A DNA stretch of 49,447 bases, filler included, from Dimargaris cristalligena (taxonomy: Eukaryota): the NCBI GenBank assembly GCA_003614675.1. It is 2 parts of 2 records of this genome, joined end to end, with 100 filler letters (N's around TTAATTAATTAA, not from the genome) between each part and the next. Parts side by side here need not be neighbours in the genome. Positions count along the whole stretch, not along the records: positions 1 to 24,681 come from ML002580.1; 1 more part is not named here. The stretch is one strand, 5' to 3'. The notes below the pieces were generated by a model. The model was not told the DNA's origin. It saw nothing but the letters and a program-made list of their open reading frames with translations, and searched no databases. The translations under genes and the position numbers were made by a program. This document shows, piece after piece, positions 1 to 12,897 of this stretch. Each line of letters starts with the position of its first letter. The stretch's first letter is position 1.

Positions 1-2314
1 ATGACGGCCCTAGAGCTAATCGGAAGGATTGCCTAGGGAGGCTTGGAAATAGGGAGCATCGCGATTATTGTGGAAGGATGGGTAAGAGAGATGCCAGTAT
101 CGGGTGATCATGGTACAGGCATCCCTCGAGGGGAGCTGATCAGCGATATATAACTACATGAGCGAATGAAAGAGGGATGCCGGTGCTACTTACAGTAAGT
201 TCCTCTTCTTCGAGGTAAATCGACTGCTTGGAAGGATCGCTATCCCCTAAACCTAAGCCGGACAAGCCAAAGTTATCAACCAGTAGTCAGGGGTATGCGA
301 TGAGTTATGTTAACCCAGGGATTCTCGTGTGGGATGGGGGTACCAAGTACGTTGAAAGGAAGGTAGCGGAATTCCCAGGCCAGATAAATCGGGGGTAGAA
401 GAGAAACGGCCCGGTTGAAACATGCCCAAGGGAAGCCGGCGTAATAATTAAGATTTTAGTTTCAACCTGCCGAAAATCAAATAGTAGCAAAACGTACCAT
501 TAACTTCGGTGAATGTGTCGATAACCACATCACTCACGGACTGGGTGTACAATTTGGCGGAGCCTTTGGAGGGTTCGGGAGTGGGAAGCTCGGGGTCTTG
601 GAAGATGTCGTCTGTTTCCTCGCGGTAATCGTCGGTTGAATCGCTCTCGGAACCGCTGTCACTGCCGGACGAGTTCTCTTCGGGCTGGGATTTGGTTCGA
701 ACGGGCTGGTAGCCATTGTTATGGGCGGAGTGGCCGTCGGAAGAAAACAGGGCACCTAGAGCATTGGGTAGAGAAAAAGGTAGTGAGATGCCAAATGGGC
801 TATGAGTGGATTCGTCTAGGTGGTGCTGAGTGGGCCTGGGCAATGGCCCTGGTTGGTCCCCCGGTGCGGGAAGGGACTCGCCGCCCACATGTGCGGAGGG
901 CACAGTGACTGGGGTAGGGGGTGGGGGTGCCTCCGGTTGGTCAGACGTGGATTCGAAGGGGGTGGGACTGGCAGCCAAGGGGGTGTCTGAGCCGCGTAGT
1001 GGGGAAGTGAGGGTAGGCTCGAGATCGTGATCAGGCAATTGCCTCGCTAGGCCTTGTCGCCGTTGGCCCATGGTGCTGGTGTGGTGAATGATGCCTAACG
1101 ATAAAATACAAAAGAACCTGGCATGGAAGGAGTAAAAGGAAAGCAGTCCAAGAAGCGAAGGAAAAGCGGTAGAAGCGGCGCAATAAGTAAGTCCAAACAC
1201 AACAAAGAAGTCGAGCTAGGATAGGAAGAGGGCATTCACGGAGCGGGGAGGGTATCCAAATACACGTCTGCGGGAATATTGATAAATAGGAGAATATAAA
1301 TGTACAATAACGCGAAGAAAGATGGGGAAAGAATGTGCGAAAGGTAAAGAATACGAAAGTAAGGGGGTAATGGGATGCCTGGACGAAACAAGCCTGAGTT
1401 GCAAGTAAGTAGATATGTGGGGATGGGATAAGACAGCCACAGCCAGCGGAGGACAATACCGAAAAAAAACAGACCAATAGCTGCGCAGTAGAGTGGAAGA
1501 GAGGCGTGGTTCAAGACGTCATATCAAAAACGAGCGGAATGTGTGGAGAGGAGGAGACCTGCAGAGAGCACCACTTAAGGAGGCCCAGAGGACCTAGCCA
1601 ATACACACATTTCCTTCAAACCGTTGAATGGGAGGCAAAATGGGCAGAAGACATCATCACCACAACGATGAGGCAAGGGAACAAGGGGAGGGGGGGGTCA
1701 TCTCACCCAGAGAAGCGGCCATGGAGATAAAACCCCCTATGAAACCAGGGGCTCTATTGGGTATATAGACCAAGCATTGGGTAACCCTTCTTATTGACTA
1801 AGGGTGGGAGGAGATTACCGGTCGTCATTTTCGATCTCGAAATCCTTCTAGGTGAGGAAGACAGCGAAGCAGGAGTAAATCCCATATAGTCGACGCTTTC
1901 CATCCACTAGCCCAGTGACTACTAGCCAAGGTCCGCCCCATTAATATTTATGGGACAATGTAGTATATCTGTAACCTGAGACTTACCTTCAGGCTGATCC
2001 ACGGTGGCTGGCTCGAGGGGCGGATGGCCGGCGGTAACTCTGGTGCGGGACGAGTCCTGAGAATAATCTAAGGTGGAGCTGGGTTGACCTCCATCAAGTG
2101 ATGTCGACAAATGCGCAGCCCCAGTCAGAACCGTGGAGGCAGGAGACGAGGAGGGGTTATGGGAAGGACTGTCACTTTCCGGTTGCGGCTGCACCTGGTG
2201 GGAAGCCGTCTCCGTGGGTGGCGTACTACCACCCACCATATCTGTCGCAGATAGGGTAGGGGATGAGTCAATGGAGATGGGGTCGGGGGGACTCTGTGGG
2301 TGGGTTTTGGCCAT
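1..2314 (-). CDS. 5' part of a multi-exon gene running off the left edge; long disordered S/P-rich N-terminus, possibly a P5B-type ATPase (Ypk9/ATP13A2-like)
   Basis: Exon 2314-1987 (ATG; GTAAGT donor, phase 1), exon 1094-498 (pyrimidine-rich TAG acceptor, GTACGT donor) and exon 252-194 (TAG...GTAAGT) are phase-compatible. The last encodes GLGDSDPSKQSIYLEEEELT, resembling the Q-x-(F/I)Y-x-x-EEDL motif that precedes the first TM segment of fungal P5B ATPases. The product call rests on this one motif; extra exons or a start at ATG 1071 are possible. Confidence 0.4.
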
Positions 2315-3922
2315 TCAGGTTACTGGAGTATTTTTGCGAGTCCGGGCACCCTGTGCTTGAGTGTTGTCGATTCGAACGTTATTATTCAGAAATGGCTAGA
2401 CCAGCGAATGGGATTAGGCAGCGGGTAGCCACAATAATTATTAATTGAGAAAGTGGTGGGGTAGATCAGGACCGATTACCGGGATCAAGTGGCGATAGAA
2501 GGGGATGATAGTGGGTGGAGGGCGGATGGGAAAGGGCAAGCGGCGGATACTTGATAGCTGGGCGATTCCAACCAAACAGCCGGACACCATGAAGAATTGG
2601 AAAGGGGGGGAATGCCTGGTCGCTGGGGAACTTCAGGGAGGAATTATATAGGGGAGGTGTATTACCAGGGTGGCTGGGTATGTTTTATATCTAAACGTAA
2701 ATCTGTGCAGCAGCTTATTGATGCCCTCGGCTGTTAAATGGAGGGACCCGATACACACTGATCACACAGGCTGCAAAATAGATGACAGATTTAGCGCAGT
2801 TAATGAATGAAGGAGAAACGCTAAATGATCAGGAGGAATTGTAACAAAGAGTATAATCTAAATCACGGGGTCCGTGGGGGCGAAAGGGGCGGTAAAGGAA
2901 AAATAAAAAATAGTGTAGACTTAAGTAAGCGCAATATTCGGCTATAAATAAACGAGCAAACAGGAATTGATTAGGACGCAGGGTCATAGATTGTGAACCG
3001 CACAATTGGGTTACGGGGATTTAATTATAAGGTTAAGTTCAGGGAGTGTAAACAAGAGTATGATCTACCAAATTCGTAAGATGCAATTTGCTGGGATTGC
3101 TTACGTCACAACGCTTTTCTTCGGAAATTCAACGTACGAAATTAATATATAAATATGGCAGCCCCACGGAATCGACGAAGCTGAGGTAGTTGGGCGTACA
3201 GTTACGCCGCATACAGAAGAGGCAGGCCGAGATGGTTTAGGGCTAGAGCTAGAGCAAAGTAGGGCGGGGTTGATTTCTCTCGAACCCTGGTGTGAAGGAG
3301 GAGGAGGGGGGTCAGGGGCGGAGAATTATACCGAAGAGGCCCGTCTATATGCCAGTTGACCCAAAGTGTCGCATTGGTTTCAGCAATAAAAGAGACTGGG
3401 ACTAGCGATGAAGGATAATTAGAAGAACGGTAAGGACGAGTTTAAGAGTAATAAGAGTCGGTTAAAGAAAATAGCAAAAGAAGAGAGAGCGGAGACAAGA
3501 AGGAGGTTTAAGGGGGGAGGCCCGGATATAACCCACGCAAAGTGCATATAAGCAGCGAACCCCAATCAGCGCATATAGAAAGAGAGAGACGGCGGACCGG
3601 CATGTACGCCCCAGTTGCAGGTTGGGGAGGATTATTGGCGATGGAAATGGCAGCCGTGTAATTAATTAATCGGCCGGACTGGCTAAGAGCGTAAAAAAAG
3701 GCTTGCTGGGGGGAGATGTCCGCGGCTGGTCGGTCAAGCGATATATTATTTGATTAGGCGGATTCCAATGAGAGGAAAGGGAGTGTTTCGGAGCCACCTG
3801 TCTGGATCCTCTCGGTGAATGGTGAAAAAAAAAGTCGTTCTTTCAGACCGCCCCAACCAGCAAACGCCTTGGCTAGGCGCTTAAATAGCATTGTTTGAGG
3901 CATCTCCTATTGATTGGGGAAC

Positions 3923-3949
3923 AGTAGTAGTAGTAGTAGTAGTAGTAGT
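3923..3949 (+). repeat. (AGT)9 microsatellite
   Basis: Perfect trinucleotide repeat read directly. Confidence 0.95.
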
Positions 3950-5162
3950 GTTCATATACAAGCGGGAGAGGAGGAAGAGGAGGGAGGAAGTCGTTGATGT
4001 AGTAATATATTGGAAGAATAGGTTCCTCCCGTTACGGCCATGGTGGCACCGAAGCGAAACTGCGGGCTGGCGGTTGGTTATCCCAATGCTGCGTCCAACA
4101 GTGGTCGCCAACTCTGGACCATTGATCGGGCGTACAGGCGTTACCTTCACCCGATATACATTGCCACTCCGTTGCTTGATTTTCTTCCATGGCCACATTC
4201 CCCTCGCTGCTGCAGGCCGCGGTTTCGGATAAAGGTGGTGGTGGACATGTAATGGAAGGGGAGGGATATTAAGGGAAACTTGATTTGAAATCACCCTAAC
4301 CCTCCCCCCGCCCGTTGCCACTCCAGGGGCCCTTCCCACACCACCCAGGTGGTCAAGGATATCTTCCCCTCGTTCAATAAAGTTGGAACAGCTTAAGCAA
4401 CTCTCCCGTTGGTCATTGACGCACTATAGGAAGGCGCATGCGACCCGCGACCTGGTCAGGTGGCGATTATGGCGCGCTCCCCTGTGCCTTTCCTATTTCC
4501 CATCCGTCTTAATGGTATTGGGGCACGCTCTGCCCCACATGTTCGACTTCCACAACAAAACCGACTATGCCTGTTACGGATACGGAGGTGACCCAAAAAG
4601 ATTTCCATTGGAAACAAGCCCTACCATATCGCATAGGGCATGACTATAATTCATTCACGGCGGCTCTCCTATAAACCATCGACTGCCCCAAACCAACATA
4701 TCCGAAACATATATCCAGCGAAGGAATTGCTAAGTGGCACAAGCAGGCACAAAGGCCCATTGACATGTGGGCTAGAAGCCAACCAGACCTCTCTCTAAAT
4801 GACAGTGCAAAAGCTTACAAGTAGCTGGGGAAATCAGCCGTAGTTCAAGGCGGGTCTCGAAATGCATGCGACAGTAGTACGGGGGGAGTGGGGCTGGTTG
4901 TGGCATTTGGCCAAGATGGTGGCGACTGCTACCACTCATCCACTCCAACCCCCCCCATCTCCTTCACTCGAGTCACAGTAGGAGGAACCCAAGTGGGCTA
5001 TACCATCCACTACCACTTGGCCATCTGCTCACCTTCACTACTCCCTCGGCATTGTCTTGTCGTTTTTGTCAATAACTTGTTTAGCCACCCGACCTCCCGA
5101 ATTCGAGGCCAACTCCCCCCCCCCTCTCCGCCCACCCAGTAACTGCATTTCCCCCCGCCGCC

Positions 5163-6172
5163 ATGCTCGAAGAACCCCAGGCCTTCCAGGCCTTTTTATT
5201 CCGCCTCCAGGACTTGCCCGTCGTGAATCCCATTCGGCAAAAGGCGGATGACCTCCAGCAGTTGAATTTCCCGCTTCCCAAGGCTCGGTTTGAGGTGAGT
5301 TACTGGCACTATGTCGCTGAACCCACTGCCTATAGGTGGTATAGTCTGGCATTTTTCCTAGCCAAGTTGCCCGACCGACCTGGTCTGCTAGTTAACTGGC
5401 CATGTCGGATTATAACCGGTATATAACACTGAGATATACTTGGCAGCTGCTTCTATATACCGATTTCCGATAGATAAAGTCATCCCCCCGTTGATTCCTT
5501 TTTTATTCAACTCCCCCGCTGCATATGGAATACCGTCGCCACCCCCCCCTGACTAACACCAATACTATGTGTTTATTTTCACACCCTCTCCCAATGTAGA
5601 CCCCGACTAGTTCAGCAGCTGGTGTAACGCAGTCCGGAATGGCGGCGGGCCAGTCTCCGGATCTAACTGTCAGTGTCAAAGCCATGAAGGTGGGCTACAT
5701 GTATACATTGACTGTCGATCCCCTCGCCACCATCGGTCAATTGAAACAGCAACTGGCCGCCCAATGCAGTATCAGCCCGGACTACCAGCGCCTGCTAATC
5801 AAGGGCAAGGCCCTCCAGGATTCCAGCCTGGTGACTGACTACGGTCTCGACTCCGACGTGGTCATTACCCTTATGGTAAAACCGGGGGCACCCACCCCAA
5901 TCACCCCGGCATCCGCCGCCCCTAAACCCACCAAACAGGACCAGTCGGATGCGGATCAATTGCTAACCTCTACCACTGCCTCCCCCACGACTACACCCCG
6001 GCCCCGCTCGACCCCATCGAATACCGGGCCCAAACTCCCGCAACTCTCCGCGGAAACCCGCGCCAAGTTGGCTCAGTCTGGTTTCCAGACCCAATTCCAA
6101 GAATTGCTAAGCAGCCAGGGTATATCCACCACTGATCAGACTCTGCTACTGCAGGCCTTGAGTCACTTCTAA
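5163..6172 (+). CDS. GET5: Ubiquitin-like protein, Get5/Mdy2 (UBL4A)-like; exons 5163-5294 and 5600-6172
   Basis: Exon 1 (MLEEPQAFQAFLFRLQDLPVV...) resembles the fungal Get5 N-terminal Get4-binding segment and ends at GTGAGT in phase 0. Exon 2 follows a TAG acceptor in frame and encodes a UBL fold (LTVSVKAMK...TIGQLKQQLA...QRLLIKGKALQDSSLVTDY...ITLMVKP) plus a short C-terminal helical domain. Confidence 0.7.
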
Positions 6173-8567
6173 TGTTTCGGCTGTATTCACAGAGAGCCCC
6201 CCTTCTTTTCAGTGACCTACTTTCTTTATTTCTTTTCTTTTTATAGTTTTGTATACTGTTTCCGCCTGTCATTGCATCTAATAAACTCCGCCTCCACCTG
6301 TCTCCTCGATTGCGCCCTCCCCCTACCTCCGTCCAGTACTCTCGGCCGAGAGGGCTTTGGCGAAGGATTTGAGGGACTTGCCCCTTTTGGTAGCTCGGGG
6401 TTACTTTATCTGAGCCCACTTGGCAAATTGGTACAGTAGGGGTTACCCAGCCCCCCGAGTATATCAGCCCTTGCGCACACTGCTATTACCATATCAGCCT
6501 CAATTAATTCACTGGGTCTTTTAATACCGACCGCGATGTAATACTATTCAAAGTCTCGGTTGCGTTCGTATCGGGCCTGTGCATAACCGGTTAGCCTATA
6601 ATATTAGTCGCACTACTTGGGGCAATACTCTCTAGATTAGTGATTAGTATTGGATGACCTTAAAGGCAGTTTTTGTTCGGCTAAGGCGTGTGTGTATATC
6701 CCGTATGCCTGGGTAGATGGAATGGATGGCTACCAATAGTACCGGTTTTCGGTAGGTTTTTCGTTGACCTATTGGCCCCTGTGGACCAGTAAGTAGAGGG
6801 GAATCCGGTGAGATGGGGGGTGTGGAATTCTGTTGACCCGGGTGTAGGGTGACTGTGACTTTACATGGTACCATACGCTTTCTAGCTTGAACGTATATCC
6901 ACTCTGCGAACGGCGGTTGCGACCACTGCACCAATATACATTATTACCTAAGGCCTAATTTATATTGGCACCGAATCTTTTTCCCAAATTACCCCTATAG
7001 AACCAATGGGATGAATAGCTCCAGTGACACTTCTGGGAAATTTAAAGCCGCCCCCTCATGTTTATTGAAAACAACCAATTGATTTACTTTCCTCTCTGAT
7101 TTTGTCTATCCAATTAACAGTTCTCTATCTGATGCACCAATGTAAAATCAACAAAGTTTAGTGCTTCATTACCTCTCTATTTTTCATAGTGCCCCCCCCC
7201 AGGTCAGACCATTTAAAATTATAAGAAAAAGGGTATAGTAGTTCATATAAATGAATAGACGGAAATCTCATCCGGTTTGACTATGCTAATGCAAGGATCA
7301 ATTTTTTTTTCATTTCCCGTTCCTATCGAGTGATGTAAAAGATTGATGAAATTCCGTAACGGGGTAGATCAAGCACCAAGAATCGCCTTTTTAGGAACCC
7401 CACGACTGCAGCCAATTGCCTAAATGAGAAATGTAAGCAGGCCCCGGAGGTGGTGACCTTAGATAATGGGACATCTGCCCATTAAACGGTTTCCTGATGG
7501 AGGCCAGGCCCCTCCCTATCGGATCACTCTACCTGTTAACCCCAGCCCCAATCCTCACGGGATGTATTTCTCATTGTATTTCAGTGCATTCGTGTTATTT
7601 ATTTCCCCTACTACCCTACTCTATCACTCCCCCTCCCATTCCCCTCGAGGGGTCCCTAACCGGTACACTACTCTACCGGTGTCACTCAATAGGACCAGTT
7701 AGCAGGGCGTACTATATCGGGAAGCAAACCCTCTCCCCCCTAGCTAGCCAGCTAGCTAACACAGCTGCGCCCTTCGAGAGAAAGGCAAACCGGTACTGAT
7801 TACCACGGGGTTGCTGTACCAATTTCTTTTAGGTTATAAAATCACGCTGACTTGCCCCTTTTAGACCATCTCCGGCCAGCAGCTGTTTTATCACCTGGTA
7901 CACGAGAGTGTGAGGGCAGTGTGTAGTTTCAGTGGATTGCAGAGAGGCCCAAGCGGTCCTTGAAGAAAAGGCACCTCCTATATTATTGCCCACTTGGCTA
8001 ATGAAGCCACACGCTGGGTAGGACTGGTAGTGAGGGGAGAGGACCAGGTCGACGGGAATTACCCAAAAGGAAATAATGGTAAAATGAAGGACGGGATTTG
8101 GGAAGGGCCAGGTAGGCTGAACGGGTCCGTCACCAGCGCATTGTCCATGTTGTCAGAAAGCAAAAGGTCCTTGTAGAGATTAAAAGCCTTCCTGGGTGTT
8201 ACTAGAGAGACCAGACCCCCATTGTATTATTAGCGGAAAATGCCGGGATCGGGGCATTGCCTATACCCATATTGTTAACCGGCTGCGTGGGGGTGACCAT
8301 TACCTAGGTGTGACGCCTTCCGTGGATGACCACCACAACCAGGAATCACCCTATAAATACCGACCCATAGTCGCCCCCTTCCCCCCAATGGTTTTAGTCA
8401 ATACAATACAATATGCCCATTGACATCTGGTTCATCCTTCCCGACACCCTCTCCTGCCTATTCTTCTCTTACCCGGTCCCTCCGTTGATGACATAGTTTG
8501 TTACGTGTTTATTACTGCCACCCCTTGCCATATTAGATAAACACGCATTGCCACTTTCCGTACCGGC

Positions 8568-10787
8568 ATGCATACTTCTTGCTCCGTGTGTGCAGCGCAC
8601 ACAAAGGGCGCGAACTGTTTTACCCTTCCCGAATCTAATCGAGGGGCGAATCATCGTCCAATACCATCCCAGACACCTTCTTTAGCACCTATGGCCCCTC
8701 CTATCGTAACTGGTACCGCCCCCCTAGTTCCATCGGTTAATCCCGACCTGGACCGGACTATTCGGGCTGCCCAGGTCGTCATTCAGCGCATGGAAGCCCT
8801 CCTGGATAATTTCCAAACAGGCCCTCCGTCCGGTGCCCAAGTGGCCCCAGTCATAGCCTATGGGGCCCAGACCGCCATGCATCAGGTCCACCATTGCCAA
8901 GTGACGCGGACCACGGCGTTAACCATGCCATACTGTACCCCCCGGAATCTGAAGCGCAAGAGTCAAGCTCGTCATAGCCTACCTAAAAACCAGCACCGGA
9001 GCCGACACCAGCACCAGCACCAGCACCAGCATCAAGACCCCTTTCACTTTGTGTCCTGGAGTCAGCAGCAGCTCTATCTTAACCAAACTCTGGCCGATAT
9101 CTTTCGTAAGGTTCCCCATCCCTCACCCAGCCACTTCCAGATGCACCTAGAGAACGAGGAGGACCGTTTGTACGACCGGGCCGTGGTCCACCCCCTACTG
9201 GCCCTCTTCGCCGAGCGTACCCTCCGGCACCGAAGCGAACTTTACCTCCGTCGATTCATAACGAAACTAGAGCGCGGTGAAGTGCCCTCACTGCTTCTGA
9301 ATGTCATCCTGGCCAACGCCGCCCTCCTGTCGGACTACCAGGTGGCGGGTTTCGACAGTGCCGATGCCACTTCCCGGGCCTACGGCCTCCGGGCCGAACA
9401 AGAGGTCGCCTCTAACCTGGACGACCTTACCATCGACCAAGCCTTTGCTATTTTGCTGATGGGCATCCTGATGATATCAGGGAACAACATCGCCAAACTG
9501 CAGGCCTTTATCGCCATTGCGGTACGGTTTGTGATAGCGCAGGGCTGGCACCAACTGGACGACCCCGCCGCCCAGCAGCACCATCCCAAAGGGAACTCTC
9601 CGGGCCCGAACGGTGGGGGCCAGGCGGACGATGAATTGATGCAGGAATTCCGGCGTCGGGTGACGTGGATGGCCATTTACGCGGATGGTTTCAGCAGTGC
9701 TATGCAGAATTTTTCCCCCACCCTGGATTTTGACCTCATTCGATTACAGCCCAACGACGATGCGCTGATGGACCGGGTGCTTAATTTGGATCCCAATAAC
9801 GACATTTATCCCTGCCTTGCGGCTCCCCTGGGTGAGTTCTTTGCGGGCTACAAGGAAGTTATCCCCTTCATACGGTATTTGTATCAGACTTGTCAGCTTC
9901 GCCAGCAGTTAGTAACTGAAGGTCATCCGCGAGTCCCGGGCACAACTGCCACTAACCCTTCATCGAGTGACCGACCCCCCGTCACACTGACCGACTTTGC
10001 CCAGCTTAACGCCACGGTGCGCCACTGGTACGCTCATATACCACCGGCATTTGGTATCCTGCCGGTAGACCAGCGTTTAATCCAGGTTCGGTATAGTCCC
10101 GCTCACTACGTGTGTCTCATGTCCTTCCACGGCCACGTGCACTGTGTTTTAATGCTTCTTAACTCCGCTCGCCCGGTACCGGAAAAGTCGAACTTACCGC
10201 CAGCCCCCACGGGACCAACACCTACCACGGTGGCCATGTCGGACCGGCTTACTTACCCGAAACCCGTGGACCCTTCCGCAGACCCCACCTGCGCCCGCTA
10301 TGCCTTGGAGTCGGCCGATTTTACCTGCCAAGTGATCCCTAAACTGTTTGAACCGATCCCGATTCGGTTTCATTCGAGCTGTATCTATATTTTCTATTTT
10401 TACGCCGGTATGACTTTTGCCTCCCACTACCGGCGGGCCGTATTGGCCCGAATGGCCTTCAACGACACCAGGGGGTTTTCAGGCTCTTCCACGAAGTTTG
10501 AGACTCCCCCCACCTACTCGGCCACGAGTGGTACGACCAGTGGGAGTACTCCGTGGACCATGCCAACTCCCGAGCTACTCCGGCGTAAGGCACTGCTCAC
10601 GCTTGAGCAGTTGCGCCTTTACGAACCGTATAACGAGTTTGTGGCCCACTTTTGCCGAATTATAGAATCTTTGATTGGCGAGCCTAATGGCTATCGAGAT
10701 GGAGCGGGCCTTACCGAAGTATCGGATACCGACAGCGACAACGTTGGGCTTGCCAAAGCACTGATTCAGCCCCATTCGACATCCTAA
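8568..10787 (+). CDS. Fungal-specific transcription factor domain protein (Zn2Cys6-family middle homology region)
   Basis: 739-aa ORF with a Fungal_trans-like segment (LLLNVILANAA...QAFAILLMG...AVRFVIAQGWHQLD...EFRRRVTWMAIYADGFSS). N-terminal CSVC-x8-C and an HQ repeat. True start uncertain. Confidence 0.8.
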   Translation: MHTSCSVCAAHTKGANCFTLPESNRGANHRPIPSQTPSLAPMAPPIVTGTAPLVPSVNPDLDRTIRAAQVVIQRMEALLDNFQTGPPSGAQVAPVIAYGAQTAMHQVHHCQVTRTTALTMPYCTPRNLKRKSQARHSLPKNQHRSRHQHQHQHQHQDPFHFVSWSQQQLYLNQTLADIFRKVPHPSPSHFQMHLENEEDRLYDRAVVHPLLALFAERTLRHRSELYLRRFITKLERGEVPSLLLNVILANAALLSDYQVAGFDSADATSRAYGLRAEQEVASNLDDLTIDQAFAILLMGILMISGNNIAKLQAFIAIAVRFVIAQGWHQLDDPAAQQHHPKGNSPGPNGGGQADDELMQEFRRRVTWMAIYADGFSSAMQNFSPTLDFDLIRLQPNDDALMDRVLNLDPNNDIYPCLAAPLGEFFAGYKEVIPFIRYLYQTCQLRQQLVTEGHPRVPGTTATNPSSSDRPPVTLTDFAQLNATVRHWYAHIPPAFGILPVDQRLIQVRYSPAHYVCLMSFHGHVHCVLMLLNSARPVPEKSNLPPAPTGPTPTTVAMSDRLTYPKPVDPSADPTCARYALESADFTCQVIPKLFEPIPIRFHSSCIYIFYFYAGMTFASHYRRAVLARMAFNDTRGFSGSSTKFETPPTYSATSGTTSGSTPWTMPTPELLRRKALLTLEQLRLYEPYNEFVAHFCRIIESLIGEPNGYRDGAGLTEVSDTDSDNVGLAKALIQPHSTS

Positions 10788-11621
10788 TTACATTTGTATT
10801 ATTTCCACGAGCCACTAATGTATTTATGACCTTGGTTATTATTTCACCCCTACGCTGTGCTTACCCCCGTATCCCAATATTTATATACTGTGGTATTGCT
10901 TTCATAATGTTATTAGGGGAAATCCGCCACACTTCTTTAATCGAAAGCCGGTGATGTGGTGGCCTGTCCAACGAACTCACACGACTAAAAATGATATTTT
11001 ATTCCGTTAGTTTTCGGCATTATATATTTTTTTAAAAAAATGAAAATATTATTTATAACTCCATCAATAAATCTAGCTTCATGTCCGTACGGCGTGACTC
11101 CCATTTTTGTAGTGCGGTTATAATAAATGCCAGGTTGCGCGGCATTCACACTGGTGCCACTCAACAACCCTTTTATTTGATGTAAGGCGATGATTGGTTT
11201 AAATTAAATGATTGGCCCACACACCTACGGAATGGCCAACAACTTGATTTTAGGGGTAAGGGCTGTTCCCTCTGTCCTACAACAAAGTGACGGAGCGTCA
11301 ACGGAGGTTTTAGCTGGTAAATGAATAATGCTCACCAATGGTAACCATTTTAAGCTACGAAAGCACCAGCAAAGTCCGCCAGCCGCACGAACATGGAGCG
11401 TTAATGGTAGAGAGACTTCTCCCCCCACCTCCACACACACATTATTTGGCGCTATCCATCCGAAAGTAAAATGTCCCATAACTTAGCGGCGTATTCCCCA
11501 AGCTGTACTCAATTTCTCCCTACTTAGAGCCTCATCACCCTTCCCCTACATACATTGTCGGTCCTATTATCCGCATCTTCAACCATATCCTCCCTCTCTC
11601 CGTACTATTAGATTGCCCATC

Positions 11622-12290
11622 ATGAGCGACACCATTAGCGACCGTTCCAACACCAGCTCTCCGGCCCCGAAGGTCTCCACCCAATCGGCCTCTACGGTCT
11701 CCACCACCACCGGGTCCGCCGATGCTCTGGCCCTGACTGATACCATCGTACTCATCAAGGACGAATTACGGTGCGCCTCGCACCGCCTCGCGCAGTGCAC
11801 CCCTTGTGACGTGGATTTCCGGGACCAGAACCTCATGACCAAGAATCTGGAAGCCAACCAGGGCCGTCTCCCTCCGCCGCATCCCCAGATGGGTCAAACC
11901 ATCCAGCACCTCAAGTCCGAGGGCAATACCGCCTATCGTAACAAGGACTACGCGGGGGCTTTGGCCAAGTACACCGACGCCCTTACCATTTCCCGGCAGC
12001 GCCCCATCTGGGACCCCGCCGGTCTGGTGGTGGAGGAAACCTCCGTGTTGTTGAATAACCGGGTGGCTTGCTTGTTGGAACTCGAACAGTACCACGAGGC
12101 CTTATTTGACGCCGAAATCGTTACTCGGGTGAAACACTCCTGGGCCAAGGGGCACTTCCGTAAGGGGCGCGCCTTGTACGGTATGGAACGTTACCGCCAG
12201 GCCGCCCATTCGTTCGAACTGGGGTGCGCGTTGGACTCGGACGCTTCCGAAATGAAAACGTACTTGCACAAGTGCTACCAAATGGTGTAA
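11622..12290 (+). CDS. SEC72: Translocation protein Sec72 (TPR subunit of the Sec63 complex)
   Basis: TPRs (LKSEGNTAYR...ALAKYTDAL; WAKGHFRKGRAL) with the Sec72-typical RPIWDP...EETSVLLNNR segment. First ATG at 11622. Confidence 0.85.
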   Translation: MSDTISDRSNTSSPAPKVSTQSASTVSTTTGSADALALTDTIVLIKDELRCASHRLAQCTPCDVDFRDQNLMTKNLEANQGRLPPPHPQMGQTIQHLKSEGNTAYRNKDYAGALAKYTDALTISRQRPIWDPAGLVVEETSVLLNNRVACLLELEQYHEALFDAEIVTRVKHSWAKGHFRKGRALYGMERYRQAAHSFELGCALDSDASEMKTYLHKCYQMV

Positions 12291-12897
12291 ACATTGGGTC
12301 ACTTCAAAAACGCATACCTCTCCCCCTCCTTCATTTACGTTTCCCTCCCTCTTTATCGACTACCGGTGGACTTATGTTCGCTTGTTGGTCAGTTTGCTTG
12401 TTTTTCCCACCCAATATGTACCTCTCCTTTATATCCAATGTGCTCGTTTGGGCTATTCGACTACCTTCACTCTTGTTTTTAAATCGGTAAACTTCTACCG
12501 ATATGGTCTCGCTGTAACTATAAAAAACATTATCACTGCCAAGTTTCGAAAAAAAATATACACCAAATGGTGTATTATTTATACAGTGCACATGTGCACG
12601 AATAAGATGTGGAGAACCGATGGACCGAATGGTCGGCAAAGGTGTAAAATAAATGGTTTAAACCCATATACGAAATGCATAAAAAAAGGAATAGAGATTC
12701 AAATAAACGAGTTCTATTCAAGGTGAACCCCATCAGTCCAGTTATCCAGAAACGAACACATAAAGTATAAAAATATGAATATGAAAGGTATATTTGCAAA
12801 ATAATACTCGTTAAGGGATGGAATAAAAAGTGGTATGCCACTCGTCATTGAAAGCACGGCCAACTAGTGTTTCTACCACGAGTAAGCCGGGGGTGAG

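Noticed and set aside
467..497. Possible 31-nt intron joining exon 1094-498 to ORF 305-490
   Set aside because: Splicing there gives an immediate TGA; the acceptor at 253 gives a sensible in-frame exon instead.
3881..4339. Overlapping ORFs 3881-4339(-) and 3891-4232(+)
   Set aside because: No recognisable domain, non-ATG starts, and poly-T/poly-V tracts come from the AGT microsatellite; an unrecognised exon cannot be excluded.
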